From Camelus ferus (lineage: Eukaryota): DNA of 64,000 bases. The DNA lies in assembly GCF_009834535.1 (NCBI RefSeq), contig NC_045696.1, positions 35,404,001 through 35,468,000 of the forward strand. Reading direction: 5' to 3'. Below, in pieces: positions 25,523 through 40,007 of the stretch. A program made the translations under genes and the position numbers. The notes beneath the pieces were generated by a model. That model was not told the DNA's origin, did no database searches, and saw only the letters and a list, made by a program, of their open reading frames with translations. How positions within the stretch are numbered: the first letter of the stretch is position 1; each line of letters opens with the position of its first letter.

Positions 25523-25799
25523 TTATTCTGTTCTCCAGGACTTAATTTCTCCTTTGAATTAGGTTTAATCTATTTTATTTTTTTCAGTTTTTTGTTTGTT
25601 CGTTTGTTTGTTTTGGCCATGATTGACTGCAATTGATGCTAACTTGAGGGCAACTTTCTTCTTATTTTATATGCAAGTTTCATACTAGTTCTGAGAAATA
25701 CTTTCAATTTTCTAATACAGAAATGAGATCTTCTTCTAGCTTATTCCATATCTGGGTTTGTGATGCAAATCTCAATACATTACAATTTGAGGATATCAG

Positions 25800-26010
25800 G
25801 AGAGCAGCACAGTAGAAAGATTATGGGTTTCCAACTTAAAAAATTTGACTTGGAGATGTATTTTTTCCTACTGACTCTTTATTCTTATCCTAGTCATTCA
25901 GTCTTTCTAACTCCCAGTAAATTCACTTGTAGAATGAGAGTAATAACACATCTCACAGAGTTGTATGTGACAAATATGCGTGAAATATGTGAAAAGCACT
26001 TTACACGTAT
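25800..26010 (+). mobile_element. MIR
   Basis: TGTAGAATGAGAGTAATAACACATCTCACAGAGTTGT...TATGTGAAAAGCACTTT. Confidence 0.6.
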
Positions 26011-26405
26011 TAGCTGCCTTAAATATGACTTAGAACAAGGAGTGGTATAAATATACTTAACTATAGGTATATAAATACATGCATAATAAACTATTTTCAC
26101 TGTTGGAATTTGTCTAAGTTACTTGGAATTTATATTGAATGTTACTATAGGAAAATGAATTGAGCGGAATTAAATTCAAAAATAACTTTCAAAATATGTA
26201 ATTTTGGTTTTGTATAATTACAATAAAGACATACAAATTTTGTTTGTTAGTGTTTTAGGCCCCTGTGCAAACAAATACACACAAAACGCAGATACAAGAC
26301 ATGTGTCACACATACACACGTACACACACAAGATTTTTCTAGTTGATGCATAACTAATTTGCAAACCCAAAATCACTTGCCTACCTGTAGCATAGCATAA
26401 AGGGC

Positions 26406-26406
<1 letters not shown>

Positions 26407-26440
<34 letters not shown>
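26407..26440. repeat. (TG)17 microsatellite
   Basis: Read directly. Confidence 0.97.
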
Positions 26441-26441
<1 letters not shown>

Positions 26442-29400
26442 TCTACTTCTTCTCATAATCATTTGGAATTTTCCTAAATACTGTGAGGGTAGTTTTTCTT
26501 CTTATATCTGATTTTGTATCTTATAAGAGACATTTTTACCTTTAAGCATGCCCAGAATACTAGCCAGCTACCTGCCAGCAATTCTCTGCAGCAGGTCTGC
26601 AACAGACACTTGTCTGGCTGTTGTGCATGCCTTGGTGTGCTCTGACAACTGAGTGTTGAAATCTCTGGGGGGCTTCCAGGAGTGACTGCAAGTCTGATGC
26701 CTTGGATTGCCTGTCCACATTTGGAACTCTAACAATAAAAAAAGATTTATCTCTCATGCATCTGCCTTCTCTTTTCTGATTTGATGTTCTCTCTCCCATT
26801 GGTAAGATTTCAGTCAACAACTTCAAAGGCTGAGGCGGGCTGAAAGCACACTGCAGATGGGGAAAGTTACCTTTCTCCCTTTCTTCTTTGGATTTCATTT
26901 TTGTCAACACTTTTTGAAACTGCCGATTAGGTTTAAGACTTTGTTACAAAAGAGTTTTGAAAAGCCACTCAAAGTGGCAGAAAATGTTAAAAAAAAAAAA
27001 AAAGCTAATATTCAAGTGTTAGTTCAAATTAGTGACTGCAAATTAAATGCACTGTTTTATCACAGCACCCTGTACTTCTCCCTCTGGGTAATTTAAACTG
27101 TGGTATTGTTGACAACACTCTATGTGTTTTATGTTTATATTCTCGTTTTCTGCTGCCTAGTTTATTTTGTCTTTTTCCACTTCTCTTTCCCTTATTTTAT
27201 TTCTCTCCCATTTAGATAGTGTGCTGTTCAAGGAAGTGTTACTGATTGATTAATTTACTATATCCAGAATTTTCCAAAGAAACTTGTTATACTTTGCTGT
27301 ACAAAGCAAAAATATAGTGTCTGAAGATAATTAAAACAATGCTCCCTGAAAGGAGCGAAAGTACTGGAGGAAAATACCACAAGGTGGACTATATTGATAT
27401 CTACTTAATCAAGTATATTATATTTCTATTTTGGATTTGACCCAAAATATTGAAACCCATATTTTACCAATATTGAAACTTCATCATATATATGGGGAGT
27501 TTTAAACTATTGAGAACAATCATTTATTAAACCACCTTAAGGTGTAGCTCCTCTAGCATTATGATCCATAAATTACTTTTAATTAGATGTGAACAATATT
27601 TTGAGGGCTTATAATCAAACAGCACATGTAGCCTTTTTAATATGTGAACATTTCAATTTATTTTTAAGTTGTTTATTACAACTCATAAATATGTTTGATT
27701 TTTATCTGGATGTTCCTTTTTCCATATGTAGAAAGATAGGACTAATACATAAAAGAATGCTATTGAATAACTTATAATTTCACATATATTATAGTTGATT
27801 GAGGAATTAGAAATGGAAATCAGTCTGTGGAGTGTTATGTCATTGCAATGATGCACCAACTGTTTTGAAAGATCCTTGTTCTGAACTTTCAGACCTTGGG
27901 GAATAATGGTCCCTATGAATCTGTTATTTATTCCTGTAGATGGTACATTATCTATGAAGTTTGTGGCTTAGAATAATCCTTACTTTAGTTATTTTAGATG
28001 TGTTGAAAAATATATTTAAAGGATTTTTGTGTTGTTGCTATTATTATTTCTGAATAATATAATTTAATATTTAAAACATTAATGATTTCAAGACTGTTAC
28101 TTCTTAAAGGATCTCCAGTTTTAAAAGCATTTAAAATACCTTAACTTCTATTTGCTGAGATTAATAAGAAATGTATATTTTACATTCATGGATACTAAAG
28201 AAAAATAAAAGGTATATTTTATATCAATTGTTGCTTATCAGTAACATCTAAATCTTGAGACTGAAACTTTTTTCTGTATGTTTAAGGTCATAATTTTATA
28301 ACTTTTGACCATGGTATATCAGACCATAATCAGATAATCAATAAATATTTATGATATTAAAAACTATAGGTGTATTATTCACGTGTGATGCCTTTCTAAA
28401 AGCTAGGGGTACAAATTATATCACTTATATTTTATTATGTAATGAATTTGCATTCTCCTTTTTTTAACTTGAAGAAAATAATTTCTTTATCCTCTAATGG
28501 ACCATTTTAGAGATGGTACTTTGGTTTCTTCCAGTGTTAAATTATGTAATGTGCATTTTCATATTTTTCCAAAGATCCAAACAAAAATTGTAAAATGATA
28601 TTGGAAAGGGATGTGATTTGGGCTTCTAAATAATAAGTCTCCAGTGTTTTTCCTAGCATAATACTGATCTCTGACCTCTATTTCTCTGATTCTTCCCTCA
28701 ATTATCACGTTGCAGTGAGGTGTAGACAGAGTTATCAGGGGAGGGGCTTTAAATAGGTCTAATTAAAGAAAAAGGAGGGGACCTTTAAGAATGAGTTACC
28801 GCCTGACTTTATTTCTGAAATAATAGAGCACAGACACCACCACCTAAGAAGGAATTCATATGATCCATACTGAGTCTCTTTGTGATCTTGGGTCCAGGCT
28901 AGTCCAAGGGGAATGTGAAAGTATAAAGTTTGACTCTTCTCTCATCTTTTTTGTTTGGATTGAGGTCACTGATGGGGCAGAGCAGGGAACTGTGTGGTTA
29001 ACTGTAGTGAAGACAGCCTTTGAGCAATGCTAAGTGTTATGTTCAAATGCTTCCAATATTTTTAAACTTGAAGTACAAAAAAAAATACAGATCTTCAAAA
29101 AACATGGACAATGAAATCCTTGTCTAGCTCCTTTTTTCACTTTTTCCTATTAACACATAGAGTCACAAACCCGTGTCACCAAGTCAAACACACTCACACT
29201 TGTAGATACATGTTCCCAGTAGGGGTTCATTTGTGCTTAGTGCTGCGGTTTGGTGAAAAAACCCTCTCATGTGTGTAGTTGTTTTCATTTTGGAGCTTGT
29301 CACAGCATGAAATCAGTGTCTCACTGAGAGCAGTTTTTTTTTTTTTTTTTAAATACCTTGAGACTTAGAGGCTAAGTAATTTGAATGTCTGAATATGCAA

Positions 29401-31117
29401 TAATATAGCTCAAATGTGGTTGGTTTATTCCTATCAATTCCTATTATCAAAGAATAGAAAATTTACAGTAAAACAATGTGATGTGTAGTTGAGGATATTT
29501 GCAAAACCTGTTCCTTTTGTTTCTACGCTTTTGTAGAACAGAGTGAATAATTCTTTCCCTCAAAATCCACAAATCTGCAGTATACCAATTACAAGATAGC
29601 AAAACAGCTATGCATTCAAAAATGTTCTCCATTACAGCCCTCCCTTTCCTTCTGTATTACCTAAAAAGGCTAGACCAGATTGCATGTGAAATATCTAGGC
29701 ATTGTTTATGCAGTTCCAGTCCTGATGTTTCTTTCTTCTCGAAGTTTTCCGCTCTACTAGAAACAGTCAGGAGCTCGTATCTCTTGATTTTCGAAGCTGT
29801 GTGCTCAATTCCCCAAAGAGAAAGATGAGACCATGCCCTGAAATCTATAGTGTGTATTTGCTGCCTGGCCTGCGACAGGAGTGCTGGTTAGAAAGCCACC
29901 ACTCTCGGATGCTTTGGGTCAAATGTTGTTTTGACATTATGCTTACTTTACAGTAAACAGCGTATTAAACTGAGGAGAGTTTGCTCATATATGCAAAATG
30001 CAGAGTATAAAAAGCAGTGGTTTAGTAGTATTATAAGGCCAAGCGAGGTTAAGGTTTGCTTGCCTTGTGGTGCAGCTGATAAAACAATTGGACTGTTTCC
30101 AAGATTCCTTGACTCCAGCTTTGTCATTTATTTTTCTCTGTCATTATTTTTTAAGAGGAAAAAAAAAAAAGACTTATTTTCATGAAACTCTGAGGTGGTA
30201 AACCTGTACTTTACATGAAAGAAAAACATTTTTTTTTATTTTTGCAAGTGAAATCCATAAGGAAATACTCGAGCAAGTTCAGTTGTATAATTTGTTAGGA
30301 CTTACTTATATAGGAGGAGGTAAAATAATTTCCAGAGAATAAAAAAAAGAAAAGAAAAAAAGGGAGATTTTGTCACAGTCTTTAGACCAAGATGTGGACA
30401 AACCAAATGAATGGTTAACCACTTTAAGTAGAACTTTTCCCATACTGTCTGACATATAATAATTAAAATTTGCTTTCTTAGAATTTGTTTTGAAAATGCT
30501 TCTTTGTATTAAACATAAATGCTCCTATATTATAATCAAGCAACTCGTGTTTGACAGACTTAAATAGTCTCCTAGTTTTATTATTTAAACTACTCTCTTA
30601 ATCTACCTGTTTCTCTTTATACTACAGCTCATTCTTTTTAGACTTTCAATAAATTTACATGTATTTATTGGATGTCTACCTTCTCCTCACAATTACAGGA
30701 GATGTTTTGAAGAAGACAGAACAATTCCTGAGTAGTTCACAATCTAGCTGAGTAACTATCACAAAGATACATTAAATAAATGAGTAATGCCATACAGTCT
30801 GGGTCTTCTGATTTCTACTGAAGAACTGTTTTTTTATAACAAAAGGCAGCAATTATAGACTCTGTCATATAGTTCAGTTTTGTACACTGATTGAAATTTT
30901 TGAGGAGACAGACATTCAAATAGATCCATTAGGCAGGTAATCAATAACTATCTCAGAAAAGGATACAGCCAAATAAGCTGGAAAAATAATTAAAAGACAA
31001 TGTGGCGAAGATGATAGTGAAAAGAGATGTTGAAGCGCTTACTACTGTGTGTTGTTTTAAACTTGTCTGAGTTTCTAAATTTTTAGTGCTGCGATCAATA
31101 AGCGTGCTTTAAGGTAT

Positions 31118-31286
31118 CAGTACTGGCTACATCATTTGAGAGGTACGAGGTGTAATGAAAATTCTGTGTTCAAAATTGTGAACAGTTTTAAGATGGTGAC
31201 AGTAAAGCATTGAACCATATGCAGGCCCCGCTAAGCACAGAGATCCATGCAGCTGCACAGATTACATGCCCCCAAAGCCAGCACTG
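31118..31286 (-). mobile_element. MER45A-like hAT MITE
   Basis: Terminal inverted repeats CAGTACTGGCT / AGCCAGCACTG; internal TTTAAGATGGTGACAGTAAAGCATTGAACCA and CAGCTGCACAGATTACATGCCC. Confidence 0.7.
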
Positions 31287-32793
31287 AAAGCATGGTAGTG
31301 TGACAGTCTCCAGAGGAAGCCCCAGTTTCCAGTGCTTCAAATTACTATTCCTTGGCCAAATACTAGTACTTTCTTTAAAGGTTGCTGGGAAGATTAATGA
31401 AATACTGCATATAAACTATTTAAGCAGCCATGGGCACTTAGAGGCCATTTAACAAATGATGTTCCTTATTTCCATTCCTATTTATATGTTAGCTCTATTT
31501 CACTATAATTTTTTTTCTTATTTATTAACCAGATGATCATAAATTTCTCTTCTCTTCTACTCTTTTCCCTCCACTTTTCTTTTCCATGATTTTAATCAGC
31601 TTCCCCCCACCCCCAACCCCTCCTTCCATTGAAAAATAAACTTTGGTCTCGTCCCAGCCTTTATTTCCTACAGCAAGGGCGTACTGTGGTGGCACTTTAC
31701 TGTCCCAGACTTGCCTCCATTCTGAGAACATTCTTTCATCAAATTCTCTTGACATCTGTAAGAGATCAGTCCAGGAATGTGTAATTGCTAGTGGTGTAGT
31801 GTGTGCAGTACAGAAAATATGGCTTTTCATCATGGAGAGTAGCCCAGTCACTGAAGTTTAAATATATCAGGGTGTCCTTTAAAACTAAGAGATAGGAATG
31901 CATTAATAGTTTAGTGTAGGAAATTTTATAGTTTGAATAGATGTCAAATTGACTCCATATAATCTTGATTTTTACTTATATCAGTAGTTTCAAAAGATAC
32001 AGATTACATTATACCAGGAAGAGGAAAATGTTGAAGTCTGTTGAATAGTAAAAGGAAAAGTTACTGTATATACAGTACAAAATTTGAACAGGGAAAGTAT
32101 GGCTTAAAGTTTTTAAAAATTATAGACATGAAATTTGTACGTATGGGAGTGTGTAATTCTTTTGCTTTACTTGGAAATAGTGTATATTGGAAAACTGAGA
32201 TAAAACCAACATAAACCTAGCCTGTCTTTCTACTTCTGTAATTGTGTAAGGAAGGTAAGATGCTCCCTACTCACTTCCTTTGAGGGAACCTTACAAAGAT
32301 CAAAACCACCTCTCTACGTGATGTAAAAATCCCCACATCACTTTGTTTTAAAATGTTTTGAGTGAAATTTATCTATGATAAATAACTTGGTCTTTGGATT
32401 AGTATTTACAAAGCAGGCACTGAAACTTGTTAGAATGTCAGACATTTCCAAGCCTGAGAGGAAAACTGATTACAAATGTGATTTTATTTTTAGGATTCAG
32501 AAAGGTAATTCTTGAAGTCAGATTCTTAATATAATTTAAAACCATCCAAACTCTTTGATGATATACCCTGATAATTAAAATAATTATTGAGCTTCCATGA
32601 TATTTAAGCATATCTATAGATTCAGTTGTTAAATGTGTACATATACCTCTGAATATACTGTACATAAAATTAAAATGAAATATAAATTAAAAATTGTTCC
32701 TCATGAACATAAGTGAAATATCTCATATATTCCCTCTGCCTCCCATGTTTTTCTGAGCCCTGGAGACGTGTTTATCCCATTTTGGGTAGTCCT

Positions 32794-33135
32794 TGCTATG
32801 GGATGAACGTTCATGTCCCCCTGAAGATGTATATATTGAAGCCTAAATCCTCACGGTGATGGGATTTGGAGGTGGACCTCTGGAAAGTGACCAAGTCATG
32901 AGGATGGAGCCTTCTTGAATGGGATTAGTGCCCTTACAGAAAGAAACACAAGAGACATGATCTCTCTCTGCTGTCTGCCATGCAAGGATACAAAACAGAG
33001 GTGGCTATTTGCAAATCAGGAAGTGAACCCTCACTCCACACTGGATCCATAGTTTCTAGAACTATGCGAAATGAATTTTTGTTGTTTAAGCCACCTAATC
33101 TATGGTAATTTCTTAGAATAACTCAAGCCAAGACA
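32794..33135 (+). mobile_element. MaLR solo LTR (MLT1A-like)
   Basis: TGCTATGG... start, GAATGGGATTAGTGCCCTTA, TGTTGTTTAAGCCACCTAATCTATGGTAATTT, and ...AAGACA end. Confidence 0.85.
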
Positions 33136-36100
33136 ACGTTGGGATCATGCTTTGGGTGGGGTCTGCAAGATTTGGTCTTTTTTCAAGGCTGCAATTAGAT
33201 CTTCTCTTGCTGTGCCACTGCACCAAATACCCAAAAACATGATAACATTATCCTGATCACAGCATGTATTGAGCCCACAGGGCCATAATATTTTCATATT
33301 TTCAGTCTTGCACCTTCCTTCTCTATCACTTAAGTCCTTAATCATCGTTTAAATTTCTGAAATATACACATATATACACACATACATTCCACACAAGCAA
33401 TTTTTTTCTGTGGTGATTTAATCTACTTTATTTTAAAAAAGAATTTGTTTAAAGAAAACAGATGCATTCTAGTCCTCTTCTGTTAATATGATTTCTTTTC
33501 AAAGAATTTCTGTTCTTTACACTTTATTAGTAGAAATCTTGAATTTTAAACTCTTTATACCTTTTTTTTTGAGTGACTCAAAAGTAGCTGCCATTTTTTA
33601 GGAATTGGGGAGCAACTACAGATTTTATACTGGCGTCCTAGCTGAAATTCCTTTGGAAAACTCTAGGCTTGTATGTAATTATGACTGTAAAAGTCTATAA
33701 GATTCTGTGTATTAAATAAAATTATTGAAATTTAAATGATCCATTATATATCCCATGAATATAAAAATATTTGGGGCATAATTTTTATGAACATTTTCAA
33801 GTGTCAGCTTTTCTTGCTGTTCTTTAAAAATTTGCTCCTTTTCTTTTAAAATATTCAGTTGATTCAGAGCAACATTTGGAATTTTCAGGATGTTGGTATT
33901 CTTCAAATGTTTCAAGGACCAAGTAGTTATAGAGATCACTGGCAAAAAAAATGATAGTCTTTCTTACTCAACTTAATCTCAGATAGTTGGAAACTGAAAG
34001 AACCAGTTCCCCTAAGGGAAGTGTTATTTTCCTTTGCATTCAGGAAGCAAACATGAGGATAAGCATGTAAAAGTAGCTGAGCGGCTGGTTGATTTGTTTG
34101 AGTGACTTCATTCAAGATGGAGCTCCCTCCACAGCAATGGTATCTTAGTACATTCCAGGCCACAGGGATTTTGTGGCATCAAAACCATCGCACTCAATTT
34201 GTGTTTAAAAGACCTCCATTCTTTGGGTTGGTGGTTTACATTGGCATTAATCTAATTACATTCCGGTTGTTTTGAATTTAGTTTAGATATGCCATAAGTG
34301 ATCCCACTTTCAATAATCATATGCAGAAATTACAAAGTAGCAGTCAGTATAGTAGTCTAAAATAAACAAGCACTGGAACAACCAAACTCTTATGTTTTTC
34401 AGGAGGATAATCCAAAATATAAACACATGCTGAAAGCTCTTTTGAAAAAATCAATGAAAGATTTTCCATGGCATTCAGATTTTTTTCATGCCAGAATTCC
34501 TGGTATCTGTTGTGATTACTATAACAAAAATGAAACAAAACTCTTGAAAATGGAATCGTTTTACCATTTCTCTCCTGCTTTTCTAATAAGGCTGGATGTT
34601 TTGTAGCAAGATGATGAAGAGGGAATCAGATGGGAAGATAGAGGCCTTAGGAAAAGAAGCAGCAGCAGTGATACCAAGAGAGGAACTTCTGTTCCCAGAA
34701 TTAAATCATCCAAGTGCTCCCAAGTTTTGTGTCTATGATGAGCAGAGATTGGTACCTCCAATTTGGAAAGCATGTTCTTGATTCCTATGTGTCTAAACAG
34801 AAGAGCCAACTTTATAATTTGCTCCCCACCCCCGGCATTTCTAGGTTGTTCTTCTGATAAGAGCTCCATCTTTATCTGCATGTATGTGCTGTGAAGACAG
34901 TGTATGACTGTGCATGTGCACCTATGATCAGGGGACGAACCTCAACCCAGACACTATGCTATACTGTGTTACATAATTCAGTCAAAACAGTATCAGTGAT
35001 ACATAAGAAAGGTCAGCAAAGGGCTAACTTTTCTCCTGAAAATAACTTATTTATGTTTTTTTTTTCTTTTGAACATATCAAACATGTTTTTAAATTTTGG
35101 AAATTAAAAAAAAAAGCACTAAACTAGAAGTGTGGTGAACTTGCTGTTCCCTAGGTGCGTGATGAAATGTCAGATGACTGATCCAGCCCTAGCTGTGGAT
35201 GAACTAGGCATTTAACTGGCTGAGTATTCAGAAAGGGGCTTGTGTTTGATGTATATCTAGTAGATGTGCAAAAGGAGACTTCAGGGTCCTCACACTCCCA
35301 CACAGCCTGCCTTCCACCCCTCTGCTACCTACCAGAGCATTCTTGCTTCGGATCCTCACGCTATTAGGCGAATGACAGCTTAAGTTTGATGCACTAGTGC
35401 ACTCAGGGGTGCCGCCACTTGCAGGGACAAGCAGCCTGATTTGGATGAAATAATGACTTAAGAGTGGAATTTCTGTTGTCTTAAAAAGTGATATTTTGAA
35501 AGGAAGATCACCTTGTCAATCAGTCAAAGGTAAAGCATATAAAAACCTGCCTATTCCATTTGCAGGAAAGGCCCTTTTCTTCCTCCCTCCCATTCTGAGG
35601 TGCATGTTTCTAGAAATGAAAATCTAAATCACAATATTATACTTTTTATTATTTTCATTGTTAGTGGCTCCGTTTTACTTTTCATATAAGCCTCTCTTAG
35701 TAAAATCTTAGTGAAAACAGTATTATCATGAGATACTAATCTATCTTGACACTGGATTGTGACTTCCTCAAGGGCTTAATAACCTTTACCTTGTCTGAGA
35801 GGCCCAGGGACCTGCCTAAATACCTCTGTTCATCCGTGTAATGGCGTAAGCTTTACCTATCAATATATGCCCCCAGTTTAATAAAATGTAGACCAGATGG
35901 TAAGCTTACAACTCACCTACAGCTTAGTTTACATTTTTTTCTTAAAAATTTTTTTTTATTGTTTCAAAACAAAAACTGCTTAAACTCATTTTCCACTGTC
36001 ACAAATTCAATTATATGAAATGAGAACAAGTCAAACTTCACATTGAGAAGTATTTTCTGATATTTTGTTAGTTGTGCTTGTGTAGTACTGTCAATTACAT

Positions 36101-36949
36101 TTATTAGCCCTAAATATTAAACAGCTGGCAGAATTCCATTGTATATAAATAAGACATTTGAGACCTGGACAAGTGCCATTTTGAAAACAGCCAGCTGGTG
36201 CTTTTTACAGTTTCATTCAGCCCAGCAGTGCTAGTTCCACAGTACACTCAGTGTTTAGGTGAATGACAATGGGAAAAAAGGTTGTGAATAGCAAACTCTA
36301 TAGGAAATTCCATTGTGTAGAAATATAACATTTCAAAGACTTGTTAAAGCAAGGAAATGATACTTTATGCACCTGTTTGTTGAATTTGTTGCATTTTTTG
36401 TTACCTGAGCTATGTTTTTAGTCTTTTAATTTTCTATGTGCCCATTTTAGAGAGCTCTGAGTAATGGCATGGAAAATGATTGCTGCTTTATTTTTTCCCT
36501 TCCAATAATGTAAATCTTTTCAAATTTATATTAATCATGAAAGTGTATTGAACTTAGCAACAGTGTACAGTTCAGATTCTCACTTCACATGGTGAATTTA
36601 TTCTTTCTGGGAGTACCCCCAACTTTTATCCTTTTTTATTTTCACTAATATTTTCATGTGAATACTTTACTTTTGTTACAGAGTTAACTACATAGAAGCC
36701 TTTTAGCATGTGGTTACATCAAATTAGTGTCTTAAACGTAAATCTATAATATTAGTACCTTCAGTAAGAAGTACAGATAAATGTTGGTAAAGTTACTTGA
36801 ATGGTTATGAACATAGTGAATATAAAGTAAATGTTACTTAAATTAAATAATGAATTTGGATTTATTAGTATAATTCTAAAAATGTTTCCTTCTTTTGATT
36901 ACGTGTATTCTTAGAATTAATTGTTAAATATCATAGAAAGTATGTATTC

Positions 36950-36950
<1 letters not shown>

Positions 36951-36982
<32 letters not shown>

Positions 36983-37000
36983 CACATGTGTATGTGTGTG
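36951..37000. repeat. (TA)5(TG)11 compound microsatellite with degenerate tail
   Basis: Read directly. Confidence 0.92.
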
Positions 37001-37489
37001 TATGGAAAGTCTAAATTAAGCAGCAGCCTTGTCACTGTAGGCACTTATCTGGAGGTCATGACAGCTCTGTGGCATCACAGAAAGGACTGGGTTGAGGAAT
37101 ACAATATAGCAACTATCTTGGCTTGTTGAAAAGTAAATCTATTACATATTAGCAGAAAAATTCTCTTAGCACCTAAATCTGTTTTCTTTGTCAAATTTGA
37201 ATATATTTTAAATTATATAGGGAGTATATCCTAAAGAAAAACAAGAAATCTGAAGAAATATAAAATTTTAGGTAATATAAAACAACTTACTTTATTCTGA
37301 TAATAAAAAAGGAAACTATCTCATATGTGGCATTTTGTTTTCATTTGCTTTGTGATTTAATGATTTGATTTATGAAAAGAAATGGGTTCTTTTTTTTTCA
37401 TAGTTACCTGTTTAATGCTCACACATAATAAAATGTTGTTGAATAAACAACTAGATAAAGCACATCCAGATTTGAATAAGCCACCTAAA

Positions 37490-38220
37490 GTCTTGTTCTG
37501 TAATGGGCTCCCAATGACATCCATGTTACTAGACTCAGTGGCTCAGTCCTCAACCTAACTTTCTCATCCAGGCAGGAGCATTTGACAAAGCTTATTATTA
37601 ATTATCTTCTTCTTATAGAAACTTTTTATTTATTTGGTGTTGGAGCATAGTTTTTGCTTTACTGGTCACTTCTCTTCTGACTCTTTTGCTAGATTCTCCC
37701 AATATTCTTGATTTCTAATAACGAACAACTCTAGAACTCACTCTTCAAGTCTCTCCTCTACACAGCTATTTCCTAGCCACTCTCACCATCTGTGGATTGA
37801 CGGATCCTACAGTGTATCTCTGTCTTCATTGTGTGTCTAAATTCCAGACTCACAAGGACATGTTGCCATCTTTGTTTGGATGTCTAATAGGTATCCATAA
37901 TCCATATATCCAAAAATACCTTCATTTTCCTCCCCAGACCTGCTCCTCTGCAGTTAGTCTTCTCGTCTTAATAAATAGTGTCCTTCCTCACATGCCTCAG
38001 AACTCTGCCCATAACAGTTGATCAGCATGGTGGTTCTTGACCACTGTATCCTTTACATGCTTTGATTTTTCATTAACTGATTTCTTTCTTCCCCTAGAAA
38101 ATAAGTTCCATGGAACATGGGGCTTTGCTGCTTGTTTTTTCACCCCACTGGCTGTAGACCCAGTCTTGAATATTGTCTGGCTCACAATAGGCCCTCAATA
38201 AATACTTTTGAATGGATTGA
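37490..38220 (+). mobile_element. LINE-2 fragments
   Basis: CTCCCAATGACATCCATGTTACTAGA, TTGGATGTCTAATAGGTATC, and the terminus CCCTCAATAAATACTTTTGAATGGATTGAAT. Confidence 0.7.
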
Positions 38221-39349
38221 ATATAAGATTGTAATAAGAGCTTCTTTCATTTTCTACCTAAATGAGACACTTGTGCCTGGAGTGTAGTAGTAAAATGGAT
38301 TCCTGTTTGCTTAGAAAACATTTATAAAATGTTTTGAAGAGAATAAATTTGAGTTTAGAAGAGGACTAAACAAAAAAGATTGATCCTGCATTATGAAATG
38401 AGAACCCTATCATAGAATATAATGAATATAATGTGGGATTGCCATTAATGTCTAAACTTCTATTGCATTAGTATTAATATCTGATCCTTCATTCCAAGTA
38501 CAGTATTGAAAACTGCTAAGAAACCTAGCTCTATTCTGAATCACGTATCTCTTCTGGAAAAGCCCTGATTTGCAGAAGATATTTCTTTGAGTTATTCATT
38601 GTCTCATATCAACTTTCCCCAGATAAACTTGCCCTGCCCACGGTTGCTTTTATTCCAAAAAAGAACTCTTGCTTTAGTTTGGAATATTTTTTTCCACATC
38701 AGCTGCTGTTTTGAAGACATCACTGTAATTACTCTATTTTTAACAATGGAATTAGAAAGGAGACATTAATTTTGTTCAATATGTTCTGCAATTTATTATT
38801 AATATATGTCTTCCTTTGTGCAATAGCCCTGTTATTTTCTACCCAGATATAATAACGGAAAACAAATTTTAAACTCAACTACTTTTATTTGGAAGCATAA
38901 TTTCAATGTTAGGTCTAAGCTGAAAACAGGTCTCTCATTGTGCAAAAACTTGGACTCTAAGATGCTTCCTGTGTAACACCATTAAACATCCTCCATCTGT
39001 AGCAGTTCAAGGCTTGACTGCTTAACTGTTTCATGACTACTTCACCTAAAGGCTAGATATCCTTCTTTGATACATTCTATATGTCTTATTGAAATCAGGT
39101 CACACATTCCTTTACTTATCTTTTTAAGCCTTGCTAGAAAAAGCTGATAAAATACTTAATTTTTCTAGTCTGGTTTGATTATAATAAAAGGTCTTAAATT
39201 CTTTTTCTAATTCTCTCCAAAATTCTGTTTGCCAAGCACATCTATGAAAACCTATGAACCACAAATTTTAAAGAACAATATATAAATCAACCAATTAACT
39301 AAGCATCAAAAACATAACCTTTATTGGAATATTAAACTTTAAAATTTTG

Positions 39350-39587
39350 GTTATCTCTAACTTGGAGTTCGAGATTTGCAGATAACTAGCTACTATATAT
39401 AAAATAGAGAAACAATGTTTATACTGTTTAGCACAGGGAGCAATATTCAGTATCTTGTAGTAATGTGTGATGAAAAAGAATATGAAAATGAATATATGTA
39501 TGTATATGTATGACTGAAACATTATGCTATATACCAGAAATTGACACAACATTGTAAATTGACTATACTTGAATGAAAAAAAGAAAG
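39350..39587 (+). mobile_element. 5'-truncated L1 (3' UTR only), sense orientation
   Basis: Matches the reverse complement of the 3' UTR at 54505-54720. A-rich tail. 9-bp TSD AAAATTTTG at 39341-39349 and 39588-39596, with a canonical TT/AAAA endonuclease site. Confidence 0.88.
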
Positions 39588-39615
39588 AAAATTTTGCATA
39601 AATGTTATTACATGA

Positions 39616-40007
39616 TGTATTCCTTTCTAGGGCTGCCACAACAAGTATCACAGACTGGGTGGCTTAAACAACAAAAATTTATTTTTTTGCAAGCTAGGAG
39701 TCCAAGATCAAGGTGTCATCAGTGTTGGTTCCTTCCAGGGCCATGATGCAAAGCCTCTCTCTAGATTATACATGGCTCTCTTCTTCCTGTGTCTTCACAT
39801 AGTTTTTCTCTGTACCTGTCTGTGCCCAAATAATCCTTTTCTTAAAAGGCCCCCAGTCATGTTGCATTAGGGTTCACCCTAACAACCTTGTTTTAATTTA
39901 ATTGTCTCTTTAAAGACTTTATCTCCAAATACGGTTACATCCTGAGGTACTGGGGGTTAGAACGTCAACTTACAAATTTAGGAAGAGACCCAGTTCAATC
40001 CATAACA
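39616..40007 (-). mobile_element. MaLR solo LTR (MLT1A-C-like)
   Basis: TGTATT...AGGGCTGCCACAACAAGTATCACAGACTGGGTGGCTTAAACAAC...TCTCCAAATACGGTTACATCCTGAGGTACTGGGGGTTAG...CCATAACA. Confidence 0.88.
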
